NCBI GenBank assembly: GCA_030867685.1
Contig: JAQOWU010000005.1
Span: forward strand, 1-36,862
DNA: 36,862 bases
Reading direction: 5' to 3'
Source of the DNA: Wickerhamiella versatilis
Taxonomy: Eukaryota
In this document: one piece after another, positions 30,117 to 36,862 of the stretch
Position numbering within the stretch: position 1 is the first letter of the stretch
How the letters are laid out: each line of letters starts with the position of its first letter
Notes under the pieces: model-generated
What the model saw: only the letters and a program-made list of their open reading frames with translations
What the model was told of the DNA's origin: nothing
The model's database searches: none
Position numbers and translations under genes: made by a program

Positions 30117-31637
30117 ATGCTTTGGGTGAGCATGGCTCTAACTGCGTTAGGGCTCGCTCAAAAAGGTTCCATTGAAGATGTTCCTGGGTATTGGGAAACA
30201 TGTAGTACTGTACATTCGCGAAATGACTGGTATGGTTATCCGCAGGTCAATATTGATGTGTCTATTAACAGTAATGAACAGGAATTCGTATTTGTCAATT
30301 CCTTTCCCGTAAAAAATTCCCATGATGGCTTTATGCTATGGCAGTTTACTGTTGTTTTATATGCGTATGAAGACAAGGATCTGCTTGGTATTTCTGCTCC
30401 TGATAGTCGTGCGGAGTACGTCTGCACAAACCATACGATCAAATCCGGAGCATGCACTATTGATGACTATGGAAACATTTTATTAGAGAAAGATGCACGC
30501 TCTAAACTTCCTATTCGCTATAAAAGTGTAAATTTTGATTTGCCTGCAAGCATCAATGATCATCGTTATATCACCTTTGATATTTCGAACACGTCACTTT
30601 ACTGTGTGGGAATATTTCCCGTCCAATATTGTACACACTGGGATTCCGCAAAGTGTATTCACATAAATTCGGTGCAGGAAGAAGATTCGCCTAGTTATGT
30701 TGTTAGAAAATTGGATGCAGATGTGAGTTTTTTCAGCTCTGATGGATACTTAACCGCATCTAAAGGACTCTTAGTATTACATTTTGTTGCTGCAAGTATT
30801 TGCCTGCTTTCTGTTGCCCTTTGGTCATGGAATTCCTATCTTAACCGACATAATTTAGTGAAAATTCAGCATCAAGTTCTTATCATTGGAATCCTTATGA
30901 CCTGTGAACAGCTCATCACTGCATTTCACTACTTATCGGTAAGTATGAGAAGAGAGTTTCCAGTATTTCTTTGGTTTGTAGCTGTATTTCATGCCATTCG
31001 TATTGTTTATATGCAGTTTTTTCTGTTACTCTTGTGTGTAGGGAACTCTGTTGTATGGGAAACATGGAGTTGGACTTCACTATTCTATTGGATACCATTA
31101 GGCGCTGGGACCTTCTTCACTTTGTTTGTATACTCCCTGCAAGCATATAACTATCGCCATGATGGTATGGACGATAAACACTTTAACGTGATAGTAATTT
31201 CTGTGCTTAACGGATTGCTACTAATTAATTTTGCCTGGGTGATTTCACGCTTGTCGGCTGCAAAAAAATATTTCTTGGAAAAAAACCAGATTCTCAAAAG
31301 CAGTGTATACGAGAAAATTCGAAACTGTACCGGCGTTTATGCCCTTGTGATTGTTGCCTTTACAATCCAACTTTTGGTCTATAAGCTTTCCAGCAGATAC
31401 AGTGGCTTTTTAATTGATTACTGTAATTATAGCTGGTTTTTTTTAGATGGATTTCCACTAGCGGCATATTTATTCCTCTACTTGGTTGTCTCCTACCAGT
31501 TGCGCCCTTCTGCTTATGAACAGTTACCCCAAGATGAAGACTGGCTGAACAATGCCGGAGCAATAGAAATGGAAACGTTCCTAGTGCCTGAGTTCGATAA
31601 TTTTGGTAGGATCCGAGGGGCATCACCGAAACCTTAA
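30117..31637 (+). CDS. PTM1-like / GOST (Lung_7-TM_R) seven-transmembrane protein
   Basis: Signal peptide; lumenal domain with YEDKDLLG, YVC....IKSGAC...DYG and LYCV; GYL.A; IQH; FLLLLCVGNSVV; WFFLDGFP...Y...LRPS. Confidence 0.82.
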   Translation: MLWVSMALTALGLAQKGSIEDVPGYWETCSTVHSRNDWYGYPQVNIDVSINSNEQEFVFVNSFPVKNSHDGFMLWQFTVVLYAYEDKDLLGISAPDSRAEYVCTNHTIKSGACTIDDYGNILLEKDARSKLPIRYKSVNFDLPASINDHRYITFDISNTSLYCVGIFPVQYCTHWDSAKCIHINSVQEEDSPSYVVRKLDADVSFFSSDGYLTASKGLLVLHFVAASICLLSVALWSWNSYLNRHNLVKIQHQVLIIGILMTCEQLITAFHYLSVSMRREFPVFLWFVAVFHAIRIVYMQFFLLLLCVGNSVVWETWSWTSLFYWIPLGAGTFFTLFVYSLQAYNYRHDGMDDKHFNVIVISVLNGLLLINFAWVISRLSAAKKYFLEKNQILKSSVYEKIRNCTGVYALVIVAFTIQLLVYKLSSRYSGFLIDYCNYSWFFLDGFPLAAYLFLYLVVSYQLRPSAYEQLPQDEDWLNNAGAIEMETFLVPEFDNFGRIRGASPKP

Positions 31638-31866
31638 ATTATAATGTTAGTATTGCACGAACGGGTGGCTATCTCTACTTTAACCTTTTCCCTCTTCCCA
31701 TGTTCTGAAAATTCCCCGATCTTGTTCTACTAGGCTATTTTGTGTCCGACCACGAGTCTCTGATAATAGAATGCTCGCCACTTTGAATTCGAAAAAATAG
31801 TCAGTCGCCCAGATTGCTCCACTCATAATAGGGTATCCAATACCCAATATATAAATTTATTCGCTA

Positions 31867-32870
31867 TTATGTCTTTAATAAGTAGACAGTGAGAAATTGA
31901 TTAGCTATTGCTGGTATAGAAGTGACGTATCTCACCCGTATTTTTAATATCAAATTACCATTCGTAAGATTGATTCTAAAGCGGTATATCGTTAAGCTAC
32001 AAAGATAAGCTAAGAGGTTTGATAAAAATCCAAGCACACAGTAGCTAAATTCCAAAAAATAGATCCCATGCCCAATATATTGAATTCAGCTTTACGAACC
32101 TGGAGAGCAGAACACAAGCAAGCCAACGCATTTACGAAAAGGATTACCGCAATAAGAATCCGATAAGGCCGTCTGAGACTAAAAATCCCGACTAACATCG
32201 GAAATGCCAACCTTGCGCTTATCAATAAAGACAGCGTAATTATCTGTAATGGACGAAGTACATTCAAAAACCTAATAATTCCATTAAAAGCCTCAAGCTG
32301 TACAGATAAACCAATTTGCATATCAAGCTTGAATGACATGGAAGGAATTAAAAAAACGAAACTCATCGACAGACCAAGAATTACCAGCAATAAAAGCCCA
32401 GGGGAGCTTATCCACTTGACAACCAAGTTTTTACCACACATGACTATACCAATAAGAAACGCAAAAATTATCGGGAGCATCCCAAAAGATCCTATAACAC
32501 ATGGAAAAGCCAAAAGATCCGACGTGGGGTTCTTTGAAACAAAATCCTTTAGGTCTTCGCTTCCATGGATCCCTCTGTTTAGGTACGCCTTCTGGTACAA
32601 GTATGCCAACATTAGAATGAACGAGTTGCATACCCATATACCCGCCGCTCGATGCATAGGGAAATAATTACATGGATGGTACATATGAAATACCAAAAGT
32701 GGTGAGACTGACTCAAGTATTATGAGCCACTTGAACCTCATTGCTGTGTTTGCAGCTTCAGGTATGACTGCAGAACTGAGTCCAGCAAGAATAAGGAAAA
32801 GTAATTCGATATAATCTGTCTTTGTTGCCGTCAAGTAAACCTCTTCTACCCCATCAGTGCTCCTACCCAT
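31867..32870 (-). pseudogene. Multi-pass membrane protein, apparently frameshifted (ORF 32010-32870 plus ORF 31867-32055)
   Basis: Hydrophobic 286-aa ORF overlaps a 62-aa hydrophobic ORF at an A6 run (32054-32059); removing one base fuses them. The 31867 frame and its double stop are conserved in the paralogous fragment at 9756-10019. Confidence 0.55.
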
Positions 32871-33049
32871 TGCCTTTGGATGGTCTCAGTACTCCTATGA
32901 TAAATCCAGTTCAATTAGTCATCATCGGATAGATCTTGCTTGTTAAAACATAACGGTGACATATTTAAGCTCTAGGACCTGAATAGACTGTGGGCCATTT
33001 AGGTACCAAATATTTAAGTAACCTGTTTCTGAGCCACTTTATATTAGCC

Positions 33050-33091
33050 AGTGAAGTGACTTGCATTGTCCAACCAGTCTCAGGTAGAGAA
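33050..33091 (+). repeat. 41-nt dispersed repeat with internal deletion
   Basis: AGTGAAGTG[del]aCTTGCATTGTCCAACCAGTCTCAGGTAGaGAA; partial AAGTGGcCTATCTT at 33177-33190. Confidence 0.88.
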
Positions 33092-33512
33092 ACTGCCGAA
33101 AGTCATCGCAGGAAGCTTAGGAAAGCCACCGAACGTGACGGGACCGAAGGTCATGGTTCAACTGATTATTTCTCCTAAGTGGCCTATCTTTTTTTGTTGA
33201 TACCTTCTTATATATTTGCAGTTCCAATTGATTTTACAACCATCATATACATCTTGAATGAAAAAATGACTTTACCTCATTCACACCCCTCGTAATCAAA
33301 ATTTCTTGTGAATTCAAAATCAGCTAAAAATCTACATCTACTCATTTTAAATTCATTAACAATACATATCTTGCAAATAAATATTCTGGCGGCATATGCA
33401 CTCACTCTTTCTGAGCCAGCAGCCTGGTTTCTGCATGAGCAGCCTAATCGTCCAATTATGACGTAGTTTAGCGTATGGTCAGATTATTCATATTACTCAT
33501 CAACACATACCA

Positions 33513-34421
33513 TTGCACGAGTGGATGGATCCACCTGCAAATAGTAAGCTGAGTGCTAGTAGCATCAATGACTTCGAAAATGAAAGTAGTATAACATCTT
33601 CAGAAACCTATAGCTGCAAAATATCCTTCCAACGGAACATGTGTATGCTGGGAATCTTGTATTTCTTCTCCTCGCAATCTTCTTATATGTGGAGGAATGC
33701 ATTAAAGCAACACCATACTCTTTTATTTGTTTTTATTACATTAATATTTGTCACTGCTGGTATCTCGCTTCTCAACGTCAGATTCCATCGGAACTTGGGG
33801 TTAAATATATTTTTCATACACTCTCTAGTGGGGTGTATGTTCACAGGATGCTGTTGCCTCTCTGACAGTGGCTTTAGCATTGTTTTCTACGCTATTTCGA
33901 ACGTGGCATTTGTCTGCAGCACAGCGTGTGTCTCTGCTCAAGAGCTTTTTGACTCGACGCGCTCTAGTGGGCTTCTAGCAGCGACTGTATCGACATTACA
34001 TTCTGCACTACTATATTATCTGTATAACCTACGAAGTGAAATTATACAGAAGATACATATTACAATATTGCTTTCGCTTGAGACAATACTCATAATGCTG
34101 CCACAACTGTCAAACGCCTGCCCATCATCCAACTCAGAGAATCGATTAAGGTATGGCAGTGCCATTATTTTATGTACTGGTACTTTGAATTCCATTTTAG
34201 AGGCTATCAAACTGCAAACGGACTTTATTTTTATTTCGTCGGCTTGTATATCAGTCGTCCTATCTGTGTTTATCGTCATGGGCAGCTTCGTAATTAATCG
34301 CCGTGATTTCGAGAGATTTGAAAGGTCACTTGTTAATCCGAAACTAGCCCTTTTTGCTTCATCACTCATTGTAGTTGCCGCTGCTGCCAATCATAGTTTG
34401 TCCCAAATTCTTTTAAAGTGA
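33513..34421 (+). CDS. Hypothetical multi-pass membrane protein (start uncertain)
   Basis: 302-aa ORF with many hydrophobic segments. The called start is TTG; there is an in-frame ATG at 33525 and an out-of-frame ATG at 33475. Confidence 0.6.
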   Translation: MHEWMDPPANSKLSASSINDFENESSITSSETYSCKISFQRNMCMLGILYFFSSQSSYMWRNALKQHHTLLFVFITLIFVTAGISLLNVRFHRNLGLNIFFIHSLVGCMFTGCCCLSDSGFSIVFYAISNVAFVCSTACVSAQELFDSTRSSGLLAATVSTLHSALLYYLYNLRSEIIQKIHITILLSLETILIMLPQLSNACPSSNSENRLRYGSAIILCTGTLNSILEAIKLQTDFIFISSACISVVLSVFIVMGSFVINRRDFERFERSLVNPKLALFASSLIVVAAAANHSLSQILLK

Positions 34422-34935
34422 TTCAGCAATCAATGAGACATCTTACTATTATTCTTGGTATGCTATCTGGAATTGTTACTAATCACAGCACTCCTCTGAA
34501 ATGCTGGCGCCGCAGGAGGGCTGCTGACATGAATTTTGTTTTTTATTATACATAGTTATTTTACGCAGAACTAGTGATTTTTGAGGATGTTGGTGTGCTG
34601 AGAGAGGTAATTACAATGCTCGCTGTGTTTGGGATTGTACCACATGTTGAGAGATTTCATCATGTACGTCTGATATTGGACTGCAAGTAGCTATATACAC
34701 GTAGCTTGTACTGTTCATCAAAGTTCTCAAATCGAAGAACTAAGGAGGTACGAAATGACAGTCTTTGCTTCCTATTTAACGATTATCGTCATACTTCCTA
34801 CTTCAACCTTGATTCGAACAATAATTTCAACATGTTTCAATCACTTCAACAAGTATTTCTGCTCATCACTAGGCTTCCACAAATTTTATCAATTGACGAC
34901 ATTATAAAAGTTTCATTATCGTTAAAGCTTTTATT

Positions 34936-36015
34936 CTAGTTCTGCTGGTAGCAGGGTAACTCTGTCAGTGAGGGAGACAGTACCTGGCAAGGAACCTTGA
35001 CAACCAGATCCGCACCATAGTCCGATTTGTGATCCTGTCTTAGCTTTTCTTCTATTCTTAAATAAACCACCAATTCGTACCTTATGCGGAAAAACTGAGC
35101 CCTGAACGCCTGGGGAAGAAGAGGCAACTTCCACAAACCCCGCTCGATCATTAAGAGGGTAATATTCACCTTTCCGTCATCATCAAAGCAAACATCATCC
35201 ATTTCCCCAAGCGTATGCCAGGCGTCTTCGTAGTAGTAATGGTGATGACTACTCGTAATGGCACGAGACCGCAATTGTACTTGCACAGACTGTATCATAA
35301 CTAAATCAGGTTGTGGCGTATCCGAACTAATAGTAATACTTGGATATGTGCTTTGAGATATACCCGTACTAGGGTATGATACCAATAGCTGTGCCCATGT
35401 TTTTTTCTTGTAATCTGAATTGAAGATTCCAGCAATTCCACGCTTGTACCCGGGAAGGCGAACGGTTAAATATTGAGAGCAACATTTCAACTCAATAGAT
35501 CCACTAGGTGGCTCTAGCATACTTTGAAAAACTTTTATGGGCAAAACTCGTTCATTATCTCTGTGTGGTCCAGATTTGCAAACACAAACTTTAACAAACC
35601 ATAGTACTTTTGTAGAGCTTGATTCACCTCCCCAAGATGGCGGTATGCGCTCTAGATTGGGAATTTTGAAACTGAAGTCGAATTCATGCACATCTGCTCG
35701 TATCGTCAACCCACCACTATTAACCGATTTACCCATGACAGAGAACGGGAAAAGAACTTCCTTCATGTTTACGTATTCGACTTCTGCCGTGTCAAAACGA
35801 GGTACGGAGACCTGCTTCACGAAAAATATTTCACGGGTTTTCTGCTTCCAATCCAATTTAACCAGTTCTTTGCATTGAAGGCTTGCTGTAATGGTGCGGA
35901 CACCAATGTCTCTTTTCGCATTAATAAACACCTTTCCCGACACAATATCGCCATCAGTATACCAAGATCTCGATCCATGCTCTGATAATTCAACAATAAG
36001 CACTTCACTGATCAT
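34936..36015 (-). CDS. Alpha-arrestin-like protein (ART family)
   Basis: YTDGDIVSGKVFI...IGVRTITASLQC, HEFDFSFKIP...IPPSW...VLWFVKV, FRIRYELVV; C-terminal LPCY (LPxY) motif. Confidence 0.8.
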   Translation of the reverse strand: MISEVLIVELSEHGSRSWYTDGDIVSGKVFINAKRDIGVRTITASLQCKELVKLDWKQKTREIFFVKQVSVPRFDTAEVEYVNMKEVLFPFSVMGKSVNSGGLTIRADVHEFDFSFKIPNLERIPPSWGGESSSTKVLWFVKVCVCKSGPHRDNERVLPIKVFQSMLEPPSGSIELKCCSQYLTVRLPGYKRGIAGIFNSDYKKKTWAQLLVSYPSTGISQSTYPSITISSDTPQPDLVMIQSVQVQLRSRAITSSHHHYYYEDAWHTLGEMDDVCFDDDGKVNITLLMIERGLWKLPLLPQAFRAQFFRIRYELVVYLRIEEKLRQDHKSDYGADLVVKVPCQVLSPSLTELPCYQQN

Positions 36016-36862
36016 ATATCTTAAACACTCCTATCCTTTACTGTGAATAACAGCTCGCAGCACGATGTTATGCGTATATATTATTAATATGATTGAGCAA
36101 CACATGATAGGACGCTCCAACCATAATTGGTCAGGTATCAATAGATGTATATAAAAGAGGAGTTGAACGTTTCCAATAGCCAACAAAATGGGTTTGCAAT
36201 TATCTCCACACTACGCTATCCACTTCGCTACTCGGGAACTAAATGGAAAATGCAAGGTGTATTGTAATGACTAATATGATAAACAGCAATATGAATAAAT
36301 AGGACCAGAAAACCTTTGATATTGTCATGATAGGGCTTGGTACCATGGTGTAGGATATGAAATAGTATCCTAATGCTGGAATGGAGGTAGAATTCAGGCT
36401 ATTCATGTTCTTACTCTAACAAAGCAAGGTTTTAATATTGGAGCAGTATTTAGTGAAACATACATTCGATGACCAGCGAAACTTGCTTTCAATCAGGTCA
36501 AAATACAAGAGACTAAATAGGAAAAAATAACAAGTTTAAATCTGGGTGATAGCTGTTTCTAATTTCCTAGGCCATCTATGGTGGATTATCTTCTATTGGA
36601 CAATAAACATGATTACAAACCGGATAGCAAATCGGGGTCTATCTCTTATCCCCCCACCCCCCGTATCTATGGTGATCAGTATGATGCTTGGTTTGCTGTA
36701 ATTAATACCAATCGCACTAGCTGATCCGTCGGAGTCTATCTCTAGCGATGGGGTTATATATGTAGATAACGGTATTATTAAAGAGGTTATCGAAACGTAT
36801 CGTGACTGTGCTCTCGTTATGTTGATCAATGCTCAATTCAGCGACAATCTTACCTCTGGTTT

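Noticed and set aside
3519-33190. 41-nt repeats as a CRISPR array
   Set aside because: Spacing is irregular (10 nt to ~10 kb), both orientations occur, phases are permuted, there are no cas genes, and the context is eukaryotic.
1-36862. tRNA, rRNA, transposase or retroelement genes
   Set aside because: No recognisable rRNA/tRNA motifs or RT, integrase or transposase ORFs were seen by eye; a covariance-model search was not possible.

Overview
Eukaryotic DNA, most likely from a budding yeast: compact, apparently intronless genes, including a Zn2Cys6 factor, an ARG4-type lyase, a PTM1-like protein and an arrestin. Several genes look bacterial (SDR, CurA/YncB reductase, DUF1028, MmgE/PrpD, YbjQ, carnitine-dehydrogenase-like 3HCDH). 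That mix suggests an HGT-rich lineage such as Wickerhamiella/Starmerella, which is an inference only. The first ~2.4 kb is non-coding and possibly an rDNA spacer edge; the rest looks like an accessory or subtelomere-type region. Two candidate undescribed systems stand out. (1) A 41-nt unit, GTGGGCTATCTTGCATTGTCCAACCAGTCTCAGGTAGTGAA, occurs about 20 times between genes in circularly permuted, truncated and stuttered forms, often hugging gene ends. It resembles interstitial fragments of an unusually long telomerase-type repeat, or cassette junctions. (2) A five-gene chimeric cluster (21456-29495) encodes an Arg81-like regulator, a Dal5-family permease, a DUF1028 Ntn-hydrolase, an argininosuccinate lyase with an altered amino-acid-side pocket and an MmgE/PrpD enzyme. 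It suggests catabolism of a succinylated nitrogen compound. All family calls come from recognising motifs by eye; no database search was run.
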